Origin: an uncultured Oscillospiraceae bacterium
GTDB lineage: Bacteria > Bacillota > Clostridia > Oscillospirales > Acutalibacteraceae
Assembly (NCBI GenBank): GCA_905193225.1
Contig: CAJJNV010000008.1
Location: 5,860-69,859 of the forward strand
DNA: 64,000 bases
Direction of reading: 5' to 3'
In this document: positions 36,101 to 45,386 of the stretch, piece by piece
How the letters are laid out: each line of letters begins with the position of its first letter
Numbering within the stretch: the stretch's first letter is position 1
Position numbers and translations under genes: made by a program
Notes under the pieces: generated by a model
The model's input: only the letters and a program-made list of their open reading frames with translations
What the model was told of the DNA's origin: nothing
Database searches by the model: none

Positions 36101-37651
36101 AACGGTCTCGAAGGGAGAATCTCCGCCGAATTCAGATTCCTGAGAAGAACCGGTCCAGTCGATGAATACGCTTTCGATTCCGGTGAGGTTTTTAACCTCC
36201 GCAAACTTAACGCGGGCACGGAGAGGCCACCAAATATTTACGGCATCGCCCTGCCATGCACAGTTGTCTGCCGCTTTCCAGTTGGCAACAGAAGCCTCGG
36301 TGCACTCGTCGAGAACGATCTGGTCCTTGACTTTGAGAGCCTCAAGAGCGGCAACAACAGCGGTAAGCTTTTCAGCATTGGTAACATTAGCCTTTTGCTC
36401 GTCGGTAAGTGCATCATAAGCAGCCTTTGCGGCGAGAATGTCGGCTTTGTTGCCGATAACAACATCGGCAGCCTCGGGCAGAGCGTCGATGGCGGCGATG
36501 ACAGCGTCAACAGCCGCATCGGACTGAACGGCTATGTTGGCGACAACATTGTCGAGCCACTGTACGTGATCTCCGTTGTAAGCGGTGCAGCCCCAGAAAT
36601 AGAATCCGGTAACATTGGTTATGTCAAAGTTTTCACCGGTGGAAACGGGGGTGGTGGTGATGGTAGCGAAGGACTCGTCGCCCTTGCCGTAGCCGGCGCG
36701 GATGGCGGCGACATCAAAAGCCATAACCTTAGAGGTATCAACTTCATTAAGCTCAAAATACCTGTCTCCTCTTTCAGGATTAATTCCGTCATTTCCGCTG
36801 AAGAGGTAGAAGGCTACGTCTGCGGGGCCGGTAAGAGCCTCGGCAGTGTTGGCGGCAAAGTCGAAGGAGATGGACTGGATTCCGGTAAGGTCAAGACCTG
36901 CGATGGGTCCGCCCTGGCAGAAACCGCCGCTCTGAGAGGTGCGGATAGAGCCGGTTCCTTCGGTCTTCTTCTCGGTGGTCACCTCAAGGCCGTCACCCGG
37001 ATAGGGTGCCCAACCCTCTGCGCTGTCGCAGTTGTTGAGCATAACGGTCTTGGTGGTAACAGCAGGAGCATAGTAAACTTCGTCGGTGGTGAGAACCTGA
37101 CGAACAGCGTCCTTACCGTCGAGTATTGTGTTAGCCTTCAAATCGGGACAAAATGCTCTGCCAAGTGCATCTTTAACAATACCGTCCTGAACAGCAGCAT
37201 CAGCGAACTCGCGAACGATACCGGCAAGCTCGCCTCTACCGGCAGCTGCATACTCCTCGGCAGGAGTGGTACCGCCGATAAGGGGGAACTTGGTTGCGAA
37301 ATAAAGGTTTCCGTTTTCATCATAACCCCAAGTGTTTAAGTTCCAGTTTCCGTCAACTCTCTCGTGAGGGTTCTCGGAAGTGGCGGGTAAAATTCCCCAC
37401 TGAGCCTCGTAGCCGTAGCTACTGAGATCAACGGGGCCGCCGTTAAGAGCGGTTAAATCTTCTTCTGTTGCATTGAAAATGAAGCGGGTGGTGCAGTACT
37501 CTGCGCCCTCTTCGGGCTTCATTGCAACAACAGCGATCATTGTTAACTCTTTATCTTCTGCCAAGGTTGAAATCATTCCTGCTGAAAGAACGCTTAAAAC
37601 CATAAGCACAGACAAAAGAACCGACAATGATCTTTTGAATGTTTTTTTCAT
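33164..37651 (-). CDS. giant secreted multi-module protein (1495 aa) with C-terminal dockerin, beta-sandwich (CBM-like) modules, about 9 copies of a ~50-aa helical repeat, and a Cys-rich KDTEDVFDFCGNEH module
   Basis: GGAGGA RBS + ATG at 37651. Signal peptide MKKTFKRSLSVLLSVLMVLSVLSA. Repeats IDALP...AAKAAYDALTDEQKA.V.N..KL. Dockerin DVDGNGTIDSTDALWALQ / DVNLDGVVDTSDALAILQ. Terminator downstream. Confidence 0.8.
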   Translation of the reverse strand: MKKTFKRSLSVLLSVLMVLSVLSAGMISTLAEDKELTMIAVVAMKPEEGAEYCTTRFIFNATEEDLTALNGGPVDLSSYGYEAQWGILPATSENPHERVDGNWNLNTWGYDENGNLYFATKFPLIGGTTPAEEYAAAGRGELAGIVREFADAAVQDGIVKDALGRAFCPDLKANTILDGKDAVRQVLTTDEVYYAPAVTTKTVMLNNCDSAEGWAPYPGDGLEVTTEKKTEGTGSIRTSQSGGFCQGGPIAGLDLTGIQSISFDFAANTAEALTGPADVAFYLFSGNDGINPERGDRYFELNEVDTSKVMAFDVAAIRAGYGKGDESFATITTTPVSTGENFDITNVTGFYFWGCTAYNGDHVQWLDNVVANIAVQSDAAVDAVIAAIDALPEAADVVIGNKADILAAKAAYDALTDEQKANVTNAEKLTAVVAALEALKVKDQIVLDECTEASVANWKAADNCAWQGDAVNIWWPLRARVKFAEVKNLTGIESVFIDWTGSSQESEFGGDSPFETVFSREVADPDQYGMVLTSFDGDLPVVEKISQSEAYTDYGVRLTVNGDVVAGENTFAVDLSTAGAKFDITKVTGMVFVGRPGGQSAYFHALKANTSAWPVDAAVAGVIAAIDALPAAADVTLGDADAINAAKAAFDALTDIQKAEVTNAAKLTAAKEALDALMAQADKIGVKFVWAYSTIYGDNNKFEVEAGKTLTVKAKINAVGGSDQRYFGYLQLLGDAGSNHAGSRLNIADYEALATEHNSRYDYDYKTLVSEIAVDAADTYKASFVYGGRKSADIPNAALTVYEIEVYDGETLLTSFCPADDGVNIEIEPEQAGEKDTNWVYVYGIKNLTPAEQVDELIDALPAPGSLTINDLKALAAAKEAYNALTDEQKAEVKGTEKLNALLAEEEEKFKDIIDQLAAKIMALPEPDEVSAEEDDLAELKVKLDEIDTITRSLTRPQATEFKNKYPELPGKLSKVKQAYQARIIVKGDIMCTCEKDTEDVFDFCGNEHAMKDGAFWMDVQTGGTSYPNVELYNSVYVRVGRYFGEDTYTHSFNYNDYYQFEFLVNPDKDNTFYITHGNEDNGIQWQYPSVISVKGNEWQRASCLISEIGTSVVENMTPKYGLENVNLLHFGQANSGKFYMKDIAVVSFAYAQRRANAEKKFIDAVAAIGTVTAESGDAIEAAKTAREALNNWINTATAENLAASATLDRAILEYALLDPANADVKAVHEKIIALPEAKDVTLDNEAAIVDAGNAFDALTDAKKDMLPTEETNKLAAVRKAFDIIKKVKPVEDLIDALTEPGDINYTNLNDVKPKYDEAKAAFDALTEELQDNVNNKEKLFAVGEKITELTDDIAAAKAVEDLIDALPAVDAELTDADKANIVTANAQFTALTDARKDLVPAEKKNKLAKLVERINEPPAPTVKYGDVDGNGTIDSTDALWALQAFVGSRTLDEAAAKAADVNLDGVVDTSDALAILQYFVQLRTELPVKAATAE

Positions 37652-37866
37652 TGAAAATTCCTCCATTTAATATTTAAGGCCATGCCTTGTTAATAACATT
37701 TTAATAAATACATAGTAAAAAGTCAAGGGGTTTTGACCTTTTTATTTAAAAAATTTTTATATACGGAAGGTTGTTTTTGTACACTTTTTCGAAAATCAAT
37801 ACATAATTTTGAAAATGTGCAGAATTGCATTGTTAGACATTTTTTCAAATAAGAATATAATATACG

Positions 37867-38934
37867 TCACCGAAAATCGCTTTTTTGCGGAAAATATGAG
37901 CAAAAAACGAGAAAAACCGAGCAAAGCACAAGCAAAACGGCGGGAATGGGTGAGCAGGAAAGAGAAGCCGACAGCACTCCCCCACTCCCGTTTGAAATTG
38001 CGGGGACGGACATTTTAAAAACAGACATCAGTCCCTTGCAAATTCCCGCCGAAAGGGCGGCCGTTGAAAAACGCAGGAGCAAAAATATCCAAACATTTGG
38101 AAAGGCACGGCCGGAAAGTGCGGCGGTCTGAAAAAATGTTGACACCCCGCCGAAGGAAAGAACGGCGGCGGTAACAAAGACAGGAAGATTTTTTGCCGAA
38201 AAGTCGGCGGCCGAGGCAGTTTCAAAAAGGCAGGTAAGAATCTCGGAAATGGCGGGGTATTTTATCAATTCCTTTAAAAGGGCAAGAACCGAGCAGCAGA
38301 AAATGGCGGTAGCGCATATTGTCAGACAGCTTTTTGAGGCATTCTCAATTGACGATACAAAGAGAGCCGAAGGGTCGGGTCTTTTAAAAGGGACCGGCGG
38401 AGAATTTACGACGGGTTTTTTTATCCGACAAACGGCCATTCCCGAAGCAAGAGCTGAAATAACACAGGAGGCATAAAGTACGAGGCCGATGCTCTCACTT
38501 TGGTACATTCCCCTGCCCACGGCGGTTATGCAAAATGCGGGTGTTGGGCAAAAGCAGAAAAGAAGCAGACGGCGTGAAATCTGCAAAGAGATTTTTTGCT
38601 GTTTTAATAGCGGGCTGAGCATTGCGGCGGCGGCAGGATAGCCCCCGAGGAGGGAAAAAAAGAATATATATGAAAAGCCTGAAAGCCTGCCGAAAAGCAG
38701 TTTTGAAATGTGTGGAAGCAGTTTTGAAAAAAGACGGTCTCCCCCGCTTTCAGACAAAAGCAGGCAAAGGCACATAAAGGGAAAGACCGACGGAATTATG
38801 ACCGATGTGCAAAGAGACGCGCCGTTTTTCGCTCCCTGCGCCGTAACATCGCCGAAAAAAACAAATCCCGCCGCCAGAGCAAGCATAAGCACAGGCGGCA
38901 GGATAGCAGTAAAATGAATTTTCAATTTTTTCAT
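37867..38934 (-). CDS. polytopic membrane protein, YlbJ-like (sporulation integral membrane / nucleoside-recognition-domain family)
   Basis: About 10 TM segments. AAGGTGA RBS before MKKLKIHF (track ORF starts 39018). Confidence 0.45.
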   Translation of the reverse strand: MKKLKIHFTAILPPVLMLALAAGFVFFGDVTAQGAKNGASLCTSVIIPSVFPFMCLCLLLSESGGDRLFSKLLPHISKLLFGRLSGFSYIFFFSLLGGYPAAAAMLSPLLKQQKISLQISRRLLLFCFCPTPAFCITAVGRGMYQSESIGLVLYASCVISALASGMAVCRIKKPVVNSPPVPFKRPDPSALFVSSIENASKSCLTICATAIFCCSVLALLKELIKYPAISEILTCLFETASAADFSAKNLPVFVTAAVLSFGGVSTFFQTAALSGRAFPNVWIFLLLRFSTAALSAGICKGLMSVFKMSVPAISNGSGGVLSASLSCSPIPAVLLVLCSVFLVFCSYFPQKSDFR

Positions 38935-39102
38935 ACCCATCACCTTACATATACAATATATATGAGGCGATAGTGGGGATATGCGCGGTGGGGTATATGA
39001 TGTATTACAATATAGCATACAGATATATTCCGCGGGTGCGGGAGTGATATATTGCTTATTACATTATTTATTGATTGTGGTCAGATTGCTTACGGCCGAC
39101 GG

Positions 39103-40167
39103 TTATATAACGGTCAGTTCTTTTTCCGACTCGGTGAAATCTTCGAAATCGTTTGAAGTAACGCAGCCGAAATCCTCTATCCTCACGCCGAATTTGCCCG
39201 GAACATAAATTCCCGGCTCGACGGTAACGACGTTGCCCTTTTCGAGGGTGTCGGGAGAAAGGGGGGAAAGGTTGGGAAATTCGTGAATATCAAGACCTAC
39301 GCCGTGACCTGTGGAATGGGTGAAATATTCGCCGAAGCCCGCCTCGCTTATAATGTCGCGGCAGATCTTATCGGCATCGCGGCATTTAAGGCCGGGGGCA
39401 AGGGCGGCAATTCCCGCTTTTTGGCTTTTAAGGACGGTGTTATAGACCTCTTTCATTTCGTCGGTGACAGAGCCGATAGCTACCGTGCGGGTCATATCGC
39501 TGTGGTATCCGTCGACTATGGCGCCAAAGTCCATTGTAACAAAATCGCCCTTTTCGATTTCCCTTTCGGTCGGTACGCCGTGAGGCATCGAGGTGCGTTT
39601 GCCCGATACGACGATGGTATCGAAGGATTCCTTTTCGGCCCCCTGCCGTTTCATAAAGAATTCAAGCTCCAATGCGGCGTCGCGCTCGGTAACGCCGGGG
39701 CGCAGGAAATTGCAGATGTGGGTAAATGCGAGATCGGTCAGTCGCTGCGCCTCGATTATGCGGCGTATCTCATCGCGGTTTTTGATCATACGGAGCTTTT
39801 TAATGCCCTCGTCAAATCCGCCGTCGTTGAAAAATTCCACACTTCCGCAAAGACCTTTAAGACTTTTAAGCCGGGCAAGGGAGGTGCTTCCCTCGACAAC
39901 AACCTTTTTAACCGAAAGCTTTTGCAAAAGCTCCTTTAAAAAGTCGCCGTAGTTTGATACCTGTATAACATTTATACCGCTTATCTTTTGCTTTGCTGCT
40001 TCGATATATCGGCCGTCGACGCCGAAAACGGCATATTCTCTTGTGACGACAAGCATTCCGTCGCTTGAAGGAAAATCGGTGAAATAACGGCGTGAAACGG
40101 CGTTTTCGATAAGGGCGCAATCGGCGCACTGAGGTATAATTTCCGAAAGGGCTTTACATCTTGACAT
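39103..40167 (-). CDS. pepP: M24-family Xaa-Pro aminopeptidase
   Basis: HSTGHGVGLDIHEFP, VEPGIY and other M24 metal-ligand motifs. Confidence 0.85.
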   Translation of the reverse strand: MSRCKALSEIIPQCADCALIENAVSRRYFTDFPSSDGMLVVTREYAVFGVDGRYIEAAKQKISGINVIQVSNYGDFLKELLQKLSVKKVVVEGSTSLARLKSLKGLCGSVEFFNDGGFDEGIKKLRMIKNRDEIRRIIEAQRLTDLAFTHICNFLRPGVTERDAALELEFFMKRQGAEKESFDTIVVSGKRTSMPHGVPTEREIEKGDFVTMDFGAIVDGYHSDMTRTVAIGSVTDEMKEVYNTVLKSQKAGIAALAPGLKCRDADKICRDIISEAGFGEYFTHSTGHGVGLDIHEFPNLSPLSPDTLEKGNVVTVEPGIYVPGKFGVRIEDFGCVTSNDFEDFTESEKELTVI

Positions 40168-41027
40168 TATTTTTGCTCCAAATAAAGTTTTTTCATAAAG
40201 GCGGCGTCCTCGGCCTGGGTCCCCGCCGATTCGCAGATGGTAACGGGGGTCAGTCCTTTTTTATAGATAAGCTCGGCCAAAAAGTCGAATACGGGGCCGT
40301 ATTTTTCGTCCTCGAAGGTAAGGTGGCACTTCTCGCCGCCTTCGGTATATTCGATTTTTGAAAAATGTGAGTGGTAGACCTTCAATCGGTCGAAGCCGAG
40401 GGCTTTTTCGATTTTATCGAGCACCGCTTCAAAATCGGCATAGGTCGCAAGACCTCCGTGGGTGCGGGCGTTGAGATGTCCGAAATCAATGCAGGGAATG
40501 AAACGCTCGTCCACGCCGCACATAAAAAGAACCTCGTCGAGATTGCCAAGCTGATTTATCTTCCCCATTGTTTCAGGGCAGATGTGCACATTTGAAAGGC
40601 CGTGCTCATCAAGGGCTTTCTGCGCTTTTTTAAGTGTCTCGCAGGCAAGAGCGGTGGCCTTTTCTCTTTCAAGTCCGCCCAGCCCCCCGGGATGAACGAC
40701 GATGCGGTCTCCGCCCATTGCGTTTACCGCTTCTGCGCTTTTTAAGATATAGTTTACCGAGTTTTCCCGTTTTTGCTCCTCTTTGGATGCAAGGGAAATG
40801 TAATAGGGCGCGTGAAGTGACACTCCCTTGTTTGCCTCCTTCATCACTTCTCCGAACATACGGCATTTTTCAAGGCCTATATTGACCCCTCTGCCGCACT
40901 GGTATTCAAACCAGTCGAGTCCCATTCTTTCGAGGTATTTCGGAGTGTCAAGGCTGTTTTTATATCCCATTTCGGCAAAGCTCACGGAATTGCCGGCAGG
41001 ACCGAAAAGCGCCCGTTCAAAAGTCAT
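40167..41027 (-). CDS. AP endonuclease family 2 (endonuclease IV-like) TIM-barrel protein
   Basis: Motifs LHAPYYISLAS, VVHPGG, CPETMGK, CIDFGHLNA and HSHFS align to endonuclease IV metal-binding blocks. Confidence 0.55.
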   Translation of the reverse strand: MTFERALFGPAGNSVSFAEMGYKNSLDTPKYLERMGLDWFEYQCGRGVNIGLEKCRMFGEVMKEANKGVSLHAPYYISLASKEEQKRENSVNYILKSAEAVNAMGGDRIVVHPGGLGGLEREKATALACETLKKAQKALDEHGLSNVHICPETMGKINQLGNLDEVLFMCGVDERFIPCIDFGHLNARTHGGLATYADFEAVLDKIEKALGFDRLKVYHSHFSKIEYTEGGEKCHLTFEDEKYGPVFDFLAELIYKKGLTPVTICESAGTQAEDAAFMKKLYLEQK

Positions 41028-41533
41028 AAAATTTTGTCCCCCTTGTTTTTTCTGTATCTTGACAAAAAGGGTTTTTCAAAAAACCGTTTGATTTTAAAGC
41101 CCGCTCCCCTTTCGGCATGAACGGGAGAAACGAGCAGTGTTTTAACGCGAAAAAGATTTCCGCAAAGCATATCGGTAAAAAGCTGATCGCCGCAAAGCAT
41201 TACCTCGTTTTTCGAAAGTCCCATTCGGCAAATGGCTTTTTTCAGCCCGCCTGTCAAAGGCTTTTTTGCCTTATACTCAAAATCGAGGTTAAGCTTTTTT
41301 GCGAAGGGCTCCACCCTGCTTTTCGGGGAATTTGAAAGGATGATCAGCTTTATGCCTCCGTCCCTCATTTCCTTTAAAAACGTGTCGATACCGTCAAAGG
41401 GCGTTTTATCGAAATGGCGGGAAAGGGTGTTGTCCACATCCAGCACAAGACCCTTTACCCCCAGTTTCTTTAAGGTATCGGCATTCAAATCGCAAAGCCG
41501 GTCACGCATGACCGCAGGCTTGAAAAGTGCCAT
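41024..41533 (-). CDS. YqeG-family HAD-IIIA phosphatase
   Basis: LDVDNTL (DxDxT) and GDQLFTD motifs. Confidence 0.75.
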   Translation of the reverse strand: MALFKPAVMRDRLCDLNADTLKKLGVKGLVLDVDNTLSRHFDKTPFDGIDTFLKEMRDGGIKLIILSNSPKSRVEPFAKKLNLDFEYKAKKPLTGGLKKAICRMGLSKNEVMLCGDQLFTDMLCGNLFRVKTLLVSPVHAERGAGFKIKRFFEKPFLSRYRKNKGDKIL

Positions 41534-43479
41534 TACTTTTTGTTTATCCTGCGGGTTTTGATCTCGTCGTCGGCCTTTTTAATAAAGGCGTCAAGCCCCA
41601 TAGAACCGAGATCTCCCTCGTCGCGGGAACGTACCGACACGGTGCCGCTTTCAACCTCTTTTTCGCCGACGATGAGCATATAGTTGACCTTTTCCAGCTG
41701 AGCCGAGCGGATCTTGTATCCGATCTTTTCGCTTCTGGCGTCGCAGGTGGTACGCACTCCGGCAGCTTTAAGGGCGGCGGTTATTTCATCGGCTCTGTCA
41801 AGGAACTTCTCGCTTATGGGAAGTACCCTTACCTGCTCGGGAGACAGCCACATAGGCAGTGCGCCGGCATATTTTTCGAGAATGAGAGCAAGTGTGCGCT
41901 CATAGCAGCCGATAGAGGTACGATGGATTATATAAGGATTCTTTTTGGTGCCGTCCTTATCGACATATTCCATTCCGAATTTTTCCGAAAGCATCTGGTC
42001 GATCTGAATGGTGATAAGAGTATCCTCTTTACCGTAAACATTCTTTATCTGAATGTCGAGCTTGGGGCCGTAGAAAGCGGCCTCTCCGATACCCACCTTA
42101 TAGGGAATTTCAAGGTGTTTAAGTATCTTTTCCATTGTTCCCTGAGCCTCGTCCCACTGCTCGGGAGTGCCGATGTACTTCTCGCGGTCGTTAGGATCCC
42201 ACTGGGAGAAACGATAGGATACATCCTCGTAAAGTCCCACGCTCTTGAGCATATAAACAGCAAGCTCAAGGCAGCTCTTAAATTCCTGTTCGAGCTGCTC
42301 GGGGGTGCACATAAGGTGACCCTCGCTTATTGTGAACTGGCGAACGCGGATAAGGCCGTGCATCTCGCCGCTGTCCTCGTTGCGGAAAAGTGTGGAAGTC
42401 TCGTTATAGCGAAGGGGCAGGTCGCGATAGGAACGTGCGCGGTTAAGATAGGCCTGATACTGGAAGGGGCAGGTCATGGGACGAAGTGCAAAAACCTCGT
42501 CGTCCTTTTCCTCGTCGCCCAGTACAAACATACCTTCCTTATAGTGTCCCCAGTGACCCGACAGTTTATAAAGGTCGCTTTTTGCCATATAGGGGGTCTT
42601 TGTGAGCAGCCAGCCCCTTCTCTCCTCCTCGTCCTCAACAAAGCGCTGAAGGGTCTGGATAACTCTTGCACCCTTGGGAAGAAGAATGGGAAGTCCCTGG
42701 CCGATAATATCGACTGTGGTAAAGTATTCGAGCTGACGGCCGATGACATTGTGGTCGCGCTTTTTGGCTTCCTCAAGCATTTCAAGGTGAGCGGTCAGCA
42801 GGGACGCCTTGGGGAAAGCGGTACCGTATACGCGGCAGAGCACTTTGTTTTTGGAATCTCCGCGCCAATATGCGCCTGTGCACTGGGTCAGCTTAAAGGC
42901 CTTGACCGTACCGGTGGACATAAGGTGAGGGCCGGCGCAAAGGTCGGTGAAATCGTCCTGTTTATAAAAGGAAATTTTTTCTCCCTTGCCGCTGTGTTCC
43001 TTTATAAGCTCGACCTTGTAAGGCTCGTTTTCCATAAGCTTTTCGGCATCGGCAGGATCAAGCTCAAAACGCTCGAGAGCAATGTCCTCCTTGACGATCT
43101 TCTTCATTTCGGCCTCGATCTTTTCGAGGGTCTCGGGTGTGAAATGCTCGTCGATATCAAAGTCATAATAAAATCCGTCCTCGATAGCGGGACCGATGCA
43201 GAGCTTGACATCGGGGAAAAGGCGTTTGACCGCCTGAGCCATAATGTGAGAAGCAGTGTGGTTGAATGCGCGCTTGCCGTCCTCGTCGTCGAAGGTCAAA
43301 AATTCCAGATCGCAGTCGCTTTCAACGGGGGTGCGAAGATCGCAAACCCTGCCGTTTATCTTACATGCACAGGCCGCCTTGTAAAGTCCCATACCGATGG
43401 ACTTTGCGATTTCAAAAGCAGGTGTGCCCTTTTCAAAGGGTTTTTGTTCTCCTCGCAGGTTTACATTGATTTCTGACAT
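41533..43479 (-). CDS. thrS: threonine--tRNA ligase
   Basis: TGS domain, second-additional domain and class II core (FRNEDSGEMHGLIRVRQFTISEGH). GGAGTGA RBS before MSEINV (track ORF starts 43527). Confidence 0.95.
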   Translation of the reverse strand: MSEINVNLRGEQKPFEKGTPAFEIAKSIGMGLYKAACACKINGRVCDLRTPVESDCDLEFLTFDDEDGKRAFNHTASHIMAQAVKRLFPDVKLCIGPAIEDGFYYDFDIDEHFTPETLEKIEAEMKKIVKEDIALERFELDPADAEKLMENEPYKVELIKEHSGKGEKISFYKQDDFTDLCAGPHLMSTGTVKAFKLTQCTGAYWRGDSKNKVLCRVYGTAFPKASLLTAHLEMLEEAKKRDHNVIGRQLEYFTTVDIIGQGLPILLPKGARVIQTLQRFVEDEEERRGWLLTKTPYMAKSDLYKLSGHWGHYKEGMFVLGDEEKDDEVFALRPMTCPFQYQAYLNRARSYRDLPLRYNETSTLFRNEDSGEMHGLIRVRQFTISEGHLMCTPEQLEQEFKSCLELAVYMLKSVGLYEDVSYRFSQWDPNDREKYIGTPEQWDEAQGTMEKILKHLEIPYKVGIGEAAFYGPKLDIQIKNVYGKEDTLITIQIDQMLSEKFGMEYVDKDGTKKNPYIIHRTSIGCYERTLALILEKYAGALPMWLSPEQVRVLPISEKFLDRADEITAALKAAGVRTTCDARSEKIGYKIRSAQLEKVNYMLIVGEKEVESGTVSVRSRDEGDLGSMGLDAFIKKADDEIKTRRINKK

Positions 43480-43499
43480 ATCTATCACTCCAAAAATTA

Positions 43500-43800
43500 T
43501 TTTAAAAAAACAAAACACTCCACCCAAAAACAGGGTGAAGTGTTACTCCACGGTTCCACCTGAATTACGGCAAAAGCCGTCACTCGCGCGTTTTATAACG
43601 GAAACGACCCGTCCGCCTTGAATACGGCGGCTCTGACGAGGGCGGTCTTCACGCAATTCCTCGGTTTGCCGCTCTCAGCCGGTGACGGCAATTCTCTTTA
43701 AGCCTTCGTCTGCAGCACACCGCAGCCCTTTCGGCCTTTACCGAGGGGAAAAGCACTACTCTTCCTCCTAAACGATTTGATCCGATTTTATCTTTTTATG
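43500..43800 (-). ncRNA. T-box riboswitch leader of thrS
   Basis: Minus-strand AATTCAGGTGGAACCGTG (plus coordinates ~43549-43566) matches the T-box consensus AAnnnGGGTGGnACCGCG. Followed by terminator CACTTCACCC-tgttttt-GGGTGGAGTG + U-run (~43506-43545). Confidence 0.8.
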
Positions 43801-44035
43801 TTGCACAAAACAGGGATAACCATATCCTGTACAACAGTTATTTTAACACCCGCAAAAGCCAATGTCAAGTGGCAATATCATAATATTTTTTTGAAAAATT
43901 TTTGTGCGTGTGCCGCAGATATATTGCGCGGAATATCATACAGACACTGCTGAATCTCGGTCGCTAAATCTCAGCTGCAGTTTTCATCACTGAGCTTAAC
44001 CGCCAAGCCTCGGTCACTGAGCCTCTATTCCTGAA

Positions 44036-44088
44036 CATTAACCGTTAAACCTCGTTAACCGTTAAACCTCGTTAACCGTTAAACCTCG
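44036..44088. repeat. 17-bp tandem repeat x3 (TTAACCGTTAAACCTCG)
   Basis: Three perfect contiguous copies, preceded by a TCACTGAGC x2 motif. Confidence 0.85.
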
Positions 44089-44106
44089 TTCGCCGATTCT
44101 TAGACA

Positions 44107-45366
44107 TCAAGCCTTGTCTTTAGCAAACTGCTTCCACGGCAGGCAGGACAAAAGCGCAAAGAGCAGGCCCAGCGCCGCAGCCCCCGTAAATATTTTCATA
44201 GAGACTCCCCAACCGCTGTTTTCGGTAACAAGAGCCACGCCGTATATCGAAAGGGCGCTTCCCACATATGTGCAGGCGTTGAGTATTCCCGAAATTAGGG
44301 AAACATGACCTGTCTTTAAAAAATAAGGCGGCAGCATACATATAAGCATAACGTTTGCCCCGTGCATACAGCCGGTGGCAAGGGTCAGGCAGATTATCGA
44401 AAGGGCCATACTGCTGCCTCCGAAAAAACACATTACAAGCAGGCAGGCAAGACACATTGCAAAGAAAAAGGCGGCGCAGAATACCTCGTTTGGGAAAAGC
44501 CGGCGATTAAGTATCTCGGCCAATTTGCAGAAAATTATGCTGAAAACAGGCATTCCCACGCCTGTTAAAATTGATGCTGCACTTTCGAGATTAAAGCTGT
44601 CGGATATGTAGGTCGGCAGCCACGTTGTAACGCCGTCCCGAATAATGCCCTGAAAAATTATGGCCATCATTATCATAACAAGCATTATGACCGTACCCGT
44701 TTTAAGGGCTTTTCTTCCGTTTTGCGCCGTTTTTACGGCGTCCTTATCCTTAAATCCGCAGGGCAAAATCGGCACAAGGGTATTTTCAAAATAGGTCATT
44801 TTTCTTTGCCAGAAGAAGGCCGCCAAAGCCGCCGCAACGGCCACGATATAAAAAAGCGACCGCCATCCCCAAAAGGAAACGCACAACGGCGCAAAAAGGT
44901 ATATGGCTATGGTACCTAACGAGCCGCCCCAGGATACGCTTACCGTAGCGGTTTTGTATCGCTCGGGAGTAAGATATTCGGAAAAAATACGCACAATTGG
45001 CGGCCACATTAAAGCCTGCGCAAAGCCGTTTACGCACCACGCTGCCGTCAAATAAAAGGTGGACGGGCAAAACGGCACCGCAAGATTCATTGCAGCTGAA
45101 GCAAGCAGTCCGATGGTTATAAGCTTTTTAGGGCTTATCTTGTCTCCCAAAAGGCCGCTTATTATCTGCCCTGCTCCGTATGTTATAAATAGGCCGGTCA
45201 CTGCCGCGCCGGCCGCGCTTTTGGCATAGCCTTCACTCTCGATTATGTCCACCATCACTGCGCTGTAATTCTGGCGGGTAAGGTAACTTATAAAGTAAAC
45301 CAGCGAACAGGCCGTTACAAGACCTGAAAAGCTTTTGTTTTTTTGTTTGTCTATGTTCAAGTTCAA
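44107..45366 (-). CDS. MFS-family transporter (12 TM)
   Basis: 419 aa with typical MFS topology and a G-x-x-x-D-K/R loop. Confidence 0.8.
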   Translation of the reverse strand: MNLNIDKQKNKSFSGLVTACSLVYFISYLTRQNYSAVMVDIIESEGYAKSAAGAAVTGLFITYGAGQIISGLLGDKISPKKLITIGLLASAAMNLAVPFCPSTFYLTAAWCVNGFAQALMWPPIVRIFSEYLTPERYKTATVSVSWGGSLGTIAIYLFAPLCVSFWGWRSLFYIVAVAAALAAFFWQRKMTYFENTLVPILPCGFKDKDAVKTAQNGRKALKTGTVIMLVMIMMAIIFQGIIRDGVTTWLPTYISDSFNLESAASILTGVGMPVFSIIFCKLAEILNRRLFPNEVFCAAFFFAMCLACLLVMCFFGGSSMALSIICLTLATGCMHGANVMLICMLPPYFLKTGHVSLISGILNACTYVGSALSIYGVALVTENSGWGVSMKIFTGAAALGLLFALLSCLPWKQFAKDKA

Positions 45367-45386
45367 TGGGAAAACCTTCTGTCAGC

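Noticed and set aside
33965-37339. 1124-aa plus-strand ORF spanning almost the whole giant dockerin gene
   Set aside because: Gly/Val/Ser-rich low-complexity mirror ORF antisense to a gene with a signal peptide, periodic repeats, dockerin, RBS and terminator. Typical antisense artefact of a GC-biased coding strand
38935-39102. AT/TA-rich region with TGGGGATATG/TGGGGTATATG and near-palindrome GACGGTTATATAACGGTC between ylbJ-like and pepP
   Set aside because: Likely ordinary promoter/terminator spacer; patterns too short to distinguish from chance
41527-43476. 649-aa plus-strand ORF antisense to thrS
   Set aside because: thrS on the minus strand has unmistakable class-II aaRS motifs and a T-box leader. 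The plus ORF has no recognisable domains
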